This document shows, in pieces, positions 1-12,022 of a DNA stretch of 64,000 nt; the first letter of the stretch is position 1; each line of letters starts with the position of its first letter. Source of the stretch: Mantamonas sphyraenae STR306 (Eukaryota; Protista; CRuMs). The position numbers were made by a program, and so were the translations under genes. The notes beneath the pieces are model-generated. The model was not told the DNA's origin. It ran no database searches and saw nothing but the letters and a program-made list of their open reading frames with translations. The stretch lies in assembly GCA_026936335.1 (NCBI GenBank), contig JAPMXV010000040.1, forward strand, positions 136,138 to 200,137, in the 5' to 3' direction.

Positions 1-1111
1 AAGGGCCCCGCGCACGCCGTTGCCGACGAGAACATCGAAACGCACGTTGGCCGTTTGCCGGCACAGAGGGTTGAAATCCTGCAGTTCACACTCACTGAGG
101 AGCACAGTGGCCCATGTAACGATGTTGAGGAACAGAGGGAACAGAGCCTGGACCTGGACGACCAGGAGGGCGAGGAAGGTGGGGTGCTGCTTTCGCAGGC
201 GTTGCACGTCACAATAGAGTCTCGGCTGTTTTGTACCTGGCAAACTCAATCCAGCAGGAGATAGATCACCGAGGAGGGGTTGAAAGGTAGGAGGCATGGC
301 CACAACGCCAAGAAAAATTGATGAGTGGCTAGAAGTTGCCGCGTCGTCGCGCTGCGTCGTCGCCTCTACATGCAAATGTGGGTGTGATGTGCTGTCCCCG
401 TTTTCAGTATGCTCCCTGTACGACGCCCGATTGCCCACCAAACCGGCAGACGCAGCGCTGGGCACCGCACGGGCAAAAGAGTGATGCTTCGTTGCCGTCG
501 CGTGACCAGCAAGTGGCACACGTCCACAGGAACCAAACAGAGTCAAGTGGAAAGGCTGTGCGACTACACCAAGACACTACAGCAGGAAGCGCCCCTTGCC
601 GTGGGGCCTTGGCCGTCCTCTACGACACAAAGAACCGCCTTGTCAGGCTACGTGAAAATCAGGTTGTGAATCCACGGTATCGGGCTTCACACGCTGTCTC
701 ATGGTGTTTGTAGATACATATTGGGACATGGGTCTGCTGAGGGGAGACGCATGTGCACAATAATTGTACTGGGTGTCAAGGGGTGCATCTCAACGGCGTC
801 AACCTGCATGCTGCTCCTCCCACGGGTGTTGGAGCCAAAACCAGAGGACCATGTGGCATGATGACTGTATGCAGGCGTTCCATGGATTGTTTATGCACGG
901 GGCGCATGGTACTGTTCGCAAAGCCCGGTTGCAACGGGGTCGCTCCTGACTGAGGAGACTGCTGCCAGGGGAGGTGGGCACTATCCACGCCTTGTAGGTG
1001 CCCCACTTAGCCCTCCCTGCTTCTCTTTGAGCCCCCCCGACACAAAGATGGCAATGGGAGTACGGGTTTTTCAGCACCAGCGTGCGCCCTGAATGGCTAC
1101 GCTCCACGATC

Positions 1112-2131
1112 CTACATGCGGTACCCGCAGTGATGGACCCAGTTCCTCACATCAGCAGCCGTAACATGCCCCAATGCAGTACAGATCGCCGCGAAAGTGC
1201 AAATGTCCACTCGATGAAATTCCCTGCGGAGGACCGCCTTGAACTTGCTAAACATGAGCTCGATGGGGTTGAGCGTAGGTGTGTAAGGCGGGAGAAACTC
1301 GACATCCACCCCATACCAGGTGCACAGCTGGCGTACAGCATCGCCTTTGTGGATGGAGCAGTTGTCCATGACCAGAACTGTTTGGCGGCAATCTCGCATG
1401 CGGGGCAAGAGGTCTTGCTCCAGGAACTCCATAAACAGCTGCCGGTTGTATGACCCCTCTCGCATTGTGTACGCTACCAGTGGCGAGCGCCCACCGGTGC
1501 TGATGGCCGCCAGCACGCTGATGCGCTTTTGCTTGGGATGGTTCTCCACAACGACCGCTGGTTGCCCACGTTTCGCACGACCATATCTCCTGTAGCACAC
1601 TCTGTTGTTCACTGCAGTTTCGTCCAAGAAGACCACGTTCGGCGCTCGGAACACACCGCGAATCCTCATTGCTCGAGTAAACTCGCGTGTGCGCGCCACG
1701 GTGGATTCCCTGAACCGTTGCTTGGCGATAGCACTCACCTTCTTGCGAGTCAGTCCCATGCGCGCACAAGAACGGCGAATTGTGGACAGAGATACCACCT
1801 TGTTGCGATGAAGAGCAACGGCTACTTGCAACTCGTCCAGGTACAGTCGCGGATCATCGGCCACCTGTTCAGCAATGAATTGGTCGTCATTGGCATCCAG
1901 GAGACGCCTGAACGGTGGTTGGGCCACAAGAGGGCGTACATGGCCCATGGCTCGGTGTTGACGTACAATCTTGGACACGACGGAAGGAGACACACCGAGA
2001 GCCTCCGCTGTGCCTCTGCACGAAGGACGCAAGCTGGATTGGTAGTGAAAGAGAATGCATTCTCGTTTGTCCGCCGAAAAGGCTTTGCCGTGGATGTATG
2101 ACCCACCCGTTGCATTCGTTTTGACGGTCAT
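1112..2131 (-). mobile_element. IS630/Tc1/mariner-superfamily DDE transposase (DD34E), intact ORF
   Basis: N-terminal HTH-like region (RGTAEALGVSPSVVSKIVR; LYLDEL...VSLSTIRR..MGLTRKK). Catalytic motifs VVFLDET, LVMDNCSIHKG and FLPPYTPTLNPIE, with 34 residues between the second D and the E. No TIRs found by eye. Confidence 0.9.
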
Positions 2132-2185
2132 TTTTGTTTTGCGTTGCTGACCACAGCGCGCGGAACGCCACAATACAGCAACCCA

Positions 2186-3505
2186 ATGAGCAGTTCGGGA
2201 GGGGTCAAACGCACCTTTTCGTCCATTTCGACACCCAACTCACCCGCGTTGCACTTTGAAGTGACAGCAAGGTGGCGCAAGGCGCGTGTGGGGCGGTTGT
2301 TCCTGCCGAGTGTGGCTGCAGAGACGCCGCTGTTCATGCCTGTGGGCACGCAGGGGAGCATCAAAGGAATGACCACGCGGCAGTTGGAAGACTTGGACTG
2401 CCGAATCATCCTGGGCAACACGTACCATCTGGGCCACCGGCCTGGGGCCGATCTGGTGGACGAACTGGGAGGCCTGCACACGTTTATGAACTGGAAGCGA
2501 GGCCTGCTGACAGACTCGGGTGGCTTCCAAATGGTGTCTCTGCTTGACCTGGCGCACATCACAGAAGAGGGGGTCCTGTTCAGGTCGCCGCACAACGGGG
2601 AGGAGATGATGCTGACGCCCGAGAAGAGCATCCAGCTGCAGAACGAGATTGGAGCCAACATCATCATGCAGTTGGACGATGTGGTGTCGTCCAAGGTGCG
2701 TGGGAAGCGTGTGGAGGAGGCCATGGAACGCAGCACGCGGTGGTTGGACAGATGCATGGACGCGCACGAGAAGAAGCAGACGCAGAACCTGTTCCCCATT
2801 GTGCAGGGGGGACTGGACGAGGCTTTGCGTGCACGTTCGTTGGAAGAGCTGATTGCACGGGACGCACCCGGGTATGCCATTGGCGGACTGAGTGGAGGGG
2901 AGGCGAAGGAGGACACGGCAAGGTGCATCGACCAGTGCACAAGCAAGCTTCCAAACGACAAGCCCCGGTACGCCATGGGCATTGGGTATGCCATCGACTT
3001 GGTTGTGTTTTCGGCCCTGGGCGTGGATATGTTTGACTGTGTGTTCCCCACGCGTACGGCGCGCTTCGGGCGTGCGCTGCTGATGTCTGGGGCCATCAAT
3101 CTCAAGTCGTCGCAGTTTGCGGATGACTTTGAACCCATCGACGCAGAGTGTGGCTGCATGGTGTGCCAACAGTACACGCGTGCATACGTGCATGCCCTGG
3201 CAAAGGGCGAGGGAGCTGGCCTGCAGTTGATCACCTACCACAACATTGCCTTTCAGATGCGCCTCATGCGCACCATCCGTCATCACATCACCGAGGGTAC
3301 CTTTGTCTCCTGGGTTTGCTGGTTTGTGCGCCAGCAGTACGGCGAGGACCCGGAGCAGTTTCCAACGTGGGTTGTGGATGCGCTGGCCACCGCTGGCATG
3401 GATGTGGTCAACCAGTGCGAGATTGATGAGGATGATGAGCAGGAGGGTGATGAGGAGGGTGACAAGAAGGAGGGTGGTGATGACATGGAGCAGGAGACAA
3501 TGTAG
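2186..3505 (+). CDS. QTRT1: Queuine tRNA-ribosyltransferase catalytic subunit (TGT)
   Basis: Motifs ETPLFMPVGTQG, ILGNTYHL, LLTDSGGFQMVSL, GYAIGGLSGGE, DMFDCVFPTRTARFG; Zn site CGCMVC...HN; intronless. Confidence 0.96.
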   Translation: MSSSGGVKRTFSSISTPNSPALHFEVTARWRKARVGRLFLPSVAAETPLFMPVGTQGSIKGMTTRQLEDLDCRIILGNTYHLGHRPGADLVDELGGLHTFMNWKRGLLTDSGGFQMVSLLDLAHITEEGVLFRSPHNGEEMMLTPEKSIQLQNEIGANIIMQLDDVVSSKVRGKRVEEAMERSTRWLDRCMDAHEKKQTQNLFPIVQGGLDEALRARSLEELIARDAPGYAIGGLSGGEAKEDTARCIDQCTSKLPNDKPRYAMGIGYAIDLVVFSALGVDMFDCVFPTRTARFGRALLMSGAINLKSSQFADDFEPIDAECGCMVCQQYTRAYVHALAKGEGAGLQLITYHNIAFQMRLMRTIRHHITEGTFVSWVCWFVRQQYGEDPEQFPTWVVDALATAGMDVVNQCEIDEDDEQEGDEEGDKKEGGDDMEQETM

Positions 3506-3706
3506 AAAACAGGGCACGAACCAGTTTCGCATCCATCTCGACCTGCACGTTGTCCTCTGTGGTGACCACAACTTGGAAGAAGAAGGTTGATTGATGCAAA
3601 CCCGTGCAACACCGAAAGGGCATGCTGGGCATGTCCTTCCACCCACACCCACAACCAAACACCATCTTCACTCCCTCCCCTGGACCCGTGGGAAGACCCG
3701 ACGTGA

Positions 3707-5404
3707 ATGAAACGAGCACACTTGGTCCTTGTGCTTTCACTGGGTTTGTTGATTGTGTTGCCTGTGGTGATTGTGCACTCGCGGCCTCGCATGGTGTCCG
3801 TTCCCAGCGATGCCGACCAGGCACACACCGATGGATACCGAGAGGAGGACGCTGGTGATGATCACACGCCCCATGCCCGAGACGACGACGACGACGACGA
3901 CAATGACGACAAGACCCAACCAGCCCCAACCATTGGCGACGAGGTCCGTGTGCGCAAGCAGTACCGTGAGTGCAAATGCTTGGCGGGCAAACCCAGCAGT
4001 CGCCTCGCCGATGAGCGCTGTGCACAATGTTTTGTAAGTGGAACACACTCCCATTCGCTTCGCATGTGGGTCATCTGCATGGCAGTTTGTGGCACGTACA
4101 TGAACGAGTGTGTGGGGTGACAACCCCGAAAGCGCGTAGTGAATTGACACGCCCTCCTTCTGCCACAGCGCATCGGCAGTAGCAGCAACGCACAGCGGGC
4201 AGGGTTCTATTTGGACCATAAGCCATGGGCAAGCGAATCTGAGGCACAGGATTTGCAGCGGGAACAGTGCCAGTCGACACAGCGAGCAGTCGTGGCTGCA
4301 CGAGCACTCAACCTGGGCAAGGAAGCTTCCGACCTGGACCAGGCCAATGAGGACCTAAAGAAGACGTGGCCCCTGCATGCCATGTCGCCCCCACGTGTGC
4401 CGACACGGGTGACGGACCTGCGAGAGGCACTGAAGGCCAACGATCCCGACCTGCAGCGCATCTACGAGGGCACAAGCGAAGCCCAGAGTGACGCTGGCAA
4501 AGTGGCCATGAACAAACGAGGACTGACGTTGAATTGGCACATGGTGGATGGGGTGGAAAAGCACAATGTGCCCATTTGGCTGCGTGTGTTTTCCCGCACG
4601 CAGCCCTTGGACAAAGTCATCGACGGCCTGCGTTCCATGGAGGGCAAGGAACGCACCGTTCTGTACATTTCTGTGGATGGAGCTCACAAACACGTGTTGC
4701 AGTTTATTGCTCAGCATGTGGACTTTATGCCCGCACGCATTCTCTTCCACGCCTTCACTCACGACGTCGAATCCTTCCCCGAACTCAAGACTATGGACCC
4801 ACGTGTGGCCCGCCTCAACTCCCACTTTAACTATGGCATGCGTTTGCTCTTTGACGTCTTTGGCTACGGGTACGTGGCCTTGCTGGAGGACGACATCATG
4901 CCTGGACCCGATTTCTACATGTACCACAGGGACATGATGCCCTACGCCCTGCTCAAACCCGACAAAGTGTTTTCTGTGGGTGCCATCATGCACGGGCCCA
5001 TCAACGACTGTGATTACATAGCCAACAAGCTGCTGAACCGTGGGTCGTGCCGCCTTGAGTCCATGAACCATCTTGTGCTGGAGCAGTACTACACCACATG
5101 GGGCTCAGGCATGCCCAGACACACCTTTATGGAATACTGGCCCCATCGTTGGACAAACATCTACGACGGCATCTTTTCAGGCCTCATCGGCAAGCGCTGG
5201 CATGTGACGCCGTGTTCGCACAGGGCCAAGTGGTTGCCCAACTCGGGCACCAACGGCACGGGAGGCAAACGCTGGAACCATGACTTGCCTCTGCTCAAGG
5301 GCGAACACAACACAGTGTACCACATTGAGCAGGTGGACGGCTTTGTCCAGACACAGGTGCTTCGCCGTCGCCATGCAAAACACACGTGCAGCAGCAAGCC
5401 CTAA
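3707..5404 (+). CDS. Type II membrane glycosyltransferase, GnT-I/GT13-like (exons 3707-4033, 4169-5404)
   Basis: N-terminal signal-anchor and acidic stem. GTAAGT...TTGAC...CAG intron 4034-4168 joins the exons in frame. LYISVDG and LLEDDIMPGPDFY resemble the GnT-I EDD motif. Confidence 0.65.
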
Positions 5405-5508
5405 TGGCGCAGCATCGCACACACACACATCACAGTAAAATGGGTGGAGGGGGAGAAACCGCGGTGCATTCCATTGCTCGTGCATCAGCATCACCCGCGC
5501 AGTCTGCT

Positions 5509-8500
5509 TCAATCGCTGGTCTTGCGCTTGTCGTAGCGGACGACGCCGCCGCTCATGACGAGTTTGACACCCAGGTGCACTTCGCTGAGGGCAACCAGAT
5601 CGGCGTCCATGCCTACCTCGATTTGGCCCTTGTTGGGCAGCTTCAGGTAGCGTGCCGGGGTTCGTGTGACCAGAGGCAGGAGTTCTTCGACAGCCCATTC
5701 GTACTTGCGATGCAGGGCATGCAGAGTCTGCAGGATCGAGTCTGGGGTGCCCATGCCATACGAAATGACCTTGCCCTGGTCGTTGAACTGCGGGCGCGAC
5801 CCAAAGGCGTCGCTGCTCATGATCAGGCGGTCGATGGCGTATCCGTCGGCCTTGGCACGGTGCAAGCACATGGCCGGGATGTTGGGGCCAGCGGTGATGT
5901 CAATGTATCCACCCTGGGCCAACCAGTCCAGAGAATCCTCAAAGAGCTCTTCCGTCTTGCTGCAATGCGTGGGCAGGATCTGGTCGATGGGCACCATGCC
6001 CTTGTTGACCAACTCGCGCAGGGGACCCAGCATCTGCTCGCCGCGGCCCAAGTGTGCATAGAGCACACCCTTCTTGCCCGAAATCATGCCTCCCACCATG
6101 CACTGCTTGGTCACCTCCATCAGCTGCTCAAACGACGGGTTGGAACCGCGGTGATCGCTGATGGCAAGTTCACCCACTCCAATGACCTTGTCCACCACGC
6201 ACAGATCGCTCTGCACGCTTCCGGTCAGTGTCACGGGCGGCACGGCGTACGAGCCACAGTACATCCAGGACGACACGCCCTTGGCGTCCATCTCCCTGCA
6301 CTTCATCAGCAGCGTCTCCAGCTTGCGCGAATAGTCATCTGTGCCCAGCACACCCACGGCCGTGGTGATGCCACTCTCCAGAATCATCGATGCGCTGGCC
6401 TCCGACGTGCGAGACCACGGGCCGGCCTCGCCACCGCCTCCAATCAGGTGCTGGTGGATGTCCACGAAACCCGGCACAAGCAGCAGACCATCCACGTCGA
6501 TTTCGTTGATGTCTGCCAACGAGCGCAGGAGATCGCGTTCGTTCTCCTCCAGAATGCCCACAATCTTGCCACCACCCAACAGCAGACTCACTTCTCCCAG
6601 GTCGGAGGGAGAGTACACACGCTTGGCGTTCAGCACCAGGGTCAGCTCCTTGTTCACCGGCTTGGGGCCAGCCGACGGGCCGCTCATGTCCTGGCGCGTG
6701 CTCGAGACCTGCTCGTGAGCCTCAAGCGGCTTCTGCAGCAGACGCGTCGTCTTCTCCTTGAGGCCATGCACGTGCAGCGTGTCGCGGCCAATGGCCACGT
6801 ACTGGCCACTGCGTCCGGGCAGATGCACCATGGGGAACACACCAAAGGGCTTGCCCGCCTGCAAGGCAATGTTGGCGTTCACCAGGCGGTTGAACAACGC
6901 AAACGCAGTCAGGTCCTTCGAGGGCTTGATCTTGAATGCAATCCAAGCGTAGTTGCCGTCCTCGGGCGCATGGTTGGCCACAAACAGCTTGGGGAAGTGG
7001 GCGCCGTTGAAGCGGGCCGTGTTGACGTCCGACAGGTACGGCTCGCCGTTGACCATCAGGAAATCAACGCCACCAGGGCCACGCGGCTTGGAGCCACGCA
7101 GAAAGGCCTTCATGATGCGAGTGCACCTGTCCTGGCACTTTTCGTCAATCTCACTGGGGCGCCAGCCGGCATAGCCTGTGCCCACCATGATCTGGTCCAC
7201 ACACGGGGTGCCGTAGATGCGCGAGCCAAAGTAGTGGCACGCCGGCGACAGGATGACACCGTCGGGCGCACGGTCGATGTCCAGCATCTCTTCCAGCAGG
7301 ACGTCACCGTAGCCAAAGTCGTACACCTGCAGCTCCTCCACGGAACTGACAAACATGATGCCCTCACCTGCGGCTCCGTTGACAGGCTTGATGACCACCT
7401 TTTCGGCGTCCATCAGCTCGTAGGCCTTGAGCAGGTCGTCTCGGGTGGAGCACGTGTATCCATCGGCCACAGTGATGTCACCCAGCTGCATCTGTTCCAA
7501 CACACTGGGGGTCTCCAGGTCCTGCACGTGACGGTGCAGAATCGACTTGTTGCCGTATTGGCTCTGCCACACAGGGTCCTCTGCAAAGATGCTCACACCC
7601 AAGCGCTCCAGGCGGCTCATCCAGCGCATGCCGTTGTCGCACGGCGTGTAGGGGACAATCATCCAGCCCTGCGGGCCGCACTCGCTTGTCACCACCAGCG
7701 ACTCCAGCTTGGCCAGCATGGCCTCGTCGATTTCGTCGTCCATGAGGTACTTGGTGCCCGACGTAAAGAAGAATTGGTCGGGACTCAGCTCCAGCGTCTC
7801 GCACAGGAAGCGTGCAAACTCGCGGCCCTCGGGGAACTCACCCGGGAGAATGACAACATCCATGCCCGGGCGCACGAGTGCTGCCACGCGGTGTGACAGG
7901 TTGACACGCTGCGAGATGCGACGGTACGACGGATGGCACGACTGCACCCAAATGCGTCGCATGTGCGTCTCGCTCAGCGACACAAACTTGGCTTCCTCGG
8001 TCACCGAGCCGCGGCCGAGCTCGTCGCAAAGCATGTCCATGCGTTCCATGCTGTCCTGCAGGCCGTTCTCGGTCTTGTTCACAGCCAGGAACGCGCCGCT
8101 GTACGGCTCCACCGACAGCGGAAAGATGCCGCCGCGTGAGCTCTTGCTGTGCTTGGGCAACAAGGCAAGCTTCTCCTCGCGCATGGCCGTCCACAGACGC
8201 CAAAAGTCGGTCTCGGAGGGGAACACGCGCAGGAACATCTGCACAAAGGGCAGCTTGCGCACGTAGGTCTCGTGGAAGCGGCAGACAAAGTGTTCGAGGA
8301 TGAAGCGGTTGACGACAACCTCGGACAGCACAGGCTGGTTGTTGCGCACGTGGAACGACACAAATCCGGCACCCTTGAACTCAGCCAGCTGCACGATGCT
8401 CTGGGCCACCTGCACGGCCGTGTTCAGGCAGGCCTTGGGGCAGGTGGCGTTGCGGATGCCCAGAAGAGTGCCACCCTGGCTGCACAGACGCTCCAGCAGC

Positions 8501-11500
8501 ACAGAGGTGAGCACGCTTCCGCCCAAGAAGGGCACATTGATGTTGAACAGGAAACCGTCACGCGTGTTCTGCAGGCCGGCTCCGTCCTGGATCAGCATCA
8601 TGCCCGGCTTGGCCGTGAGCAGCATGTTGATCTCTGCCTGCGAGCTGACCACGTGCATTTCCTGCTCTGCACCGTGGCGCTTGACAAGAAAGATGTCTGT
8701 GTTCAGCTTCTCGATGGCTGCGTTCGTGGCCTTCTTGTTGCCACTGCGCGTGTAGAACCCGTTGAGCGTGGGCACGTTGTACTCGTTGGCTGCCATCTCC
8801 TTGACCCCCTGTGCATCGATGGCCAGGCGGCGCGACGGCTTCTTCACCTTGGGCGTCTCCCTGGGCGACGACGGTTGCGAGTTGGCCGGCGACGGCGAGG
8901 CGGACGACGAGGAAGAGGAGCTCGACGAGGAGGACGCTGCCTCGACGTCGTCGGTAAACGCCTCTTCGTCCTCCACCTGCACCTGCGGCGTGGTAGCCTG
9001 CACGGAAGGAGGCGAGGGGGGGCACAGCGGCAGCAGCAGCAGCGGCAGCGGCAGCAGCCTGCGTGGACTCTGTCATCTTGCGCGCAAGCACTTCGTTGAC
9101 AGTGCCAAAGCGACGCTCGATGTCCATATCCTCAGTAAAGATGTGCAGACGAGACGAGCCGACGCGCTCGATGAGGGCCTGGAGCATGCGGTCGCGACGC
9201 TGGGGCACAAGGGTCACCTGACGGCTCTTGTGCTGACTCATGAAGCGCTGGACGGCGTCGGCACACTCGTCGAGGTCGGTCTCGAGGTCGGCGACGACGA
9301 TCTGCTCGATGTCCAAGGACATGACGGTGCGCACAAAGTCGACATAGTCGCTGCGGTCCTTGACGAAACGAGAGGACATGATGACCATGTCACGCTCGGT
9401 ACGCAGCATGCACAGAGTGGCCACGGAGCTGATGGGCGACTCCTCGTCGTTCATGATCCAAATGCGTGCGTCGCTTCGGCGAGACAGATCGCGGCGACGG
9501 AAAAAGCTGACGTCCTTGTTCTCTGCACGCTGGGTGATCTCGCGCTCGGCCTCGGTGAGCATGTCGTTGAGGGTCGTGTTGAGGGTCTTGAGCGAGGACA
9601 CCTTGTTGCTGGCGCACACAAAGACGGTGAGGTCTTTGTTGAGAAAGACGGGCATGATTCCCTTCTTGTTGGAGCTGCCGAGCTTAAAGTCGACTGCGGC
9701 GGTGTGCAGGCCTTCCACCACCGACCAAGGGGGCAGCTTCTGGCCAGACAGCAGGCAGCGCCACAGTTTCTTGCCCAAATCCATGCGTGCAATGAGCTGG
9801 AGCATCATGTGGGTCAAGGTGATGGTACCCACGTGCAACTCGATCAGCTGCAGCTTGCCCGACGGCTTGACCTGCTTGGATTCCTCGGCATCCCCTTCCG
9901 AGGAAGAGGATGAGGAGGACGACGACGACGACGACGCGCTCTTGTCTTCCAGCACCTGGAAAACAAACTCGGCGTTGGTCACCTTGAGCTTCTTCTGCAG
10001 CTGGGAAGCAATTTCGTTGGAACGCTGGAGGAGCTCCGGGGCAATCTTGTCGGTGACGTTGGTGATGCCCGAGCCGTTGTGTGCAGCAAAGTGCACGGGG
10101 GTGTTGGGCATGACCTTGGTCTGCCACACCAGGACACTCCAGCGCTTGTTGGAAACGAGCGGGGTCGGGCGTCGCAGGACAACCTCGTCTTCAGGCAGGA
10201 TGGGCAGCATGGACAGCTGGTGTGCGTTGTCGATGGTGTAGCGGCTCTGTTCGACGCTGCTGTTGACATGCACCTCCACGCTGCTCTGCACACCCAGGGC
10301 CTCGTAGGCCTCGATGAGATGGTCGTTGCCCGTGCAGACAATGCCCTCGACAGTTTCCAAGTCCTCGGCCCACGACGAAATGGTGGTGTTGGATGTCTTG
10401 CTGCCGAGCTGGCGGTAGACGAGGGAGGAGCCCGTGACGTCGGTGAAGGGAGCCAGGACAGCCGGGCGATACAGCTGGAGGGCGCTGAGGACATGGCTAA
10501 GGAGGTCGTTCTCGTCGCTGACCAGGAGCACAGACGGGCGCTGCTTGGTCTCTGTCTCGAAGGAAAGGAGGAAGGCCTGGAGGGGAGCGAGGCTGTTGCT
10601 CACATCCTGCTCGTCGATCCACATGATGCTGGAGCTGCTGAGGCCCATGATCTTTTCGATGGTGTCGACGAGCTGGCGGTTGGCGGTGTCGTCATGCAGG
10701 AGCACAACCTGGTTCTCGCCGAGCAGATGCAGACCCGGGTTGCCGAGGAAGCTGCTGTTGACGCTGCCTGGCACGTTGCAATGCAAGGTGATGGGCATCC
10801 AGACGGTGACGTTGAACTGGTCCGGGGACTTCTTGGTCAACTGATGGCTGATTGTGGAGCGCTTGATGGGCTTGCTGAGCTGCTCCATGACAGCGGCCTT
10901 GAGATCGTCGAGATCGTTGGGGGTCGAGGCAAAGGCGTGCATGAAGCTGGAGGACGAGCTCTCGATGAAGGAGAGGGGAACGCAGGCGGAGAGGCCAGCC
11001 TGGATAAGTCGCATCCAGGCGTTGAAGACATCCAGGGAAGGATGTGCGTTGGCAAACCAGCAGGTGCTGTAGGCGTCGGGAGCGTTGCGCTGGTGGAGCA
11101 ACTCTGCAGCGTGTGCCTTTTGCAGGGGACCAAACTGGGCATCGATAAGCTTGAGAGAGCCCTTGACGACAATGAAGCAGAGCTGGGCAAAGGCACAGGA
11201 CTGGGCCTTGCCCGAGAGGGACTCGACGAGTGTGCGTGCGGTGTCCTGCATGGTCTCGCGTTCCTCCGCCGTGGACATGGTGGAGGGCAGTCCGTAGCCC
11301 ACAGTCTGGTTACCGATGCTGAGCACGTCAATGACAATGTCGCTGACCTTGCCGTCAAAGATGTTGACGAGGAAGCGCTTGCTGTAGCCATTCTGCTCGC
11401 GGTCGGGTTCGTACATGGAGCGAAGGATGCGAGCCGAAACACTCATGTTGACGAAGCGCAGCTCGCCTGCGCTGACGGCAGTGGCGACAACGGCACTCTC

Positions 11501-12022
11501 TGTAAGGTGGACAGGGAATTCGAGGCTGGCCTGGTCGCATTCGAGGGCACGGTTGGCGACGAGAAGATCTTGGGCGGTGCGACACAGGTAGCCCGGGGCA
11601 ACGGTGACACCTTCGGGCAGATTGAGCGAGGTATAGCGGGGCTCGTTGGAGGAACCCACACGACTGACGAGGAGGGTGCGCACGGTCTTGTCATTGCTCA
11701 GATCCTCGAAAATGGGCAGGATACGTGAGTTTTGGTTTTCTTTGGCGAGAGTGTCCAAAATGCTCTCAAGATCGTCCTCGATGGCGACGTGCACCTGAGC
11801 GGCGGTGGTCTGCTGGGTGGCCATGTAGAATTCGGCATAGGAGTCGGACCAGAGCTCGGCGCATTGCGGGCCAAGGACGAGGTGATCCTTTGCAGTGAGG
11901 AGGGAGAGGGCCACTTGCAGCTGCTCGCCAACCTGTCGCTTTCCGAACACGTGGCTTTCGGGCAGCTCGGCCACGTAGATAATCGGGTTTTGGGCAGTAG
12001 ATTCAGAAGAAGAAGACGCCAT
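5509..12022 (-). CDS. Large fusion: four tandem ATP-grasp-like modules plus C-terminal isoaspartyl dipeptidase (IadA-type); joins ORFs 8558..12034 and 5509..9003 across a 1-nt frame break near 9016-9022
   Basis: IadA motifs PGFVDIHQHLIGGGGEAGP, GITTAVGVLGTD, GELAISDHRGS, ILPTH, SSDAFGS. Intact ATP-grasp motifs VVIKPVNGAAGEG, LLEEML, GGVDFL, SDVNTARFNG. Internal homology among four modules, with module 3 straddling the frame break. Confidence 0.85.

Noticed and set aside
1-1100. Short ORFs at the window start
   Set aside because: No recognisable domain; may be a gene tail or decayed element, but nothing supportable.
700-2185. Terminal inverted repeats for the transposon
   Set aside because: No convincing inverted match between the flanks by eye.
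5386-7896. 836-aa + strand ORF (also 10079..11728, 24849..26783, 31318..33060, 42512..44677)
   Set aside because: Antisense shadows of well-supported genes; stop-codon scarcity is expected from GC-rich codon bias and they show no motifs.
5509-12022. Calling the fusion a cyanophycin synthetase (CphA)
   Set aside because: No Mur-ligase-like domain or CphA N-domain motifs are visible; only the IadA link to cyanophycin chemistry is supported.
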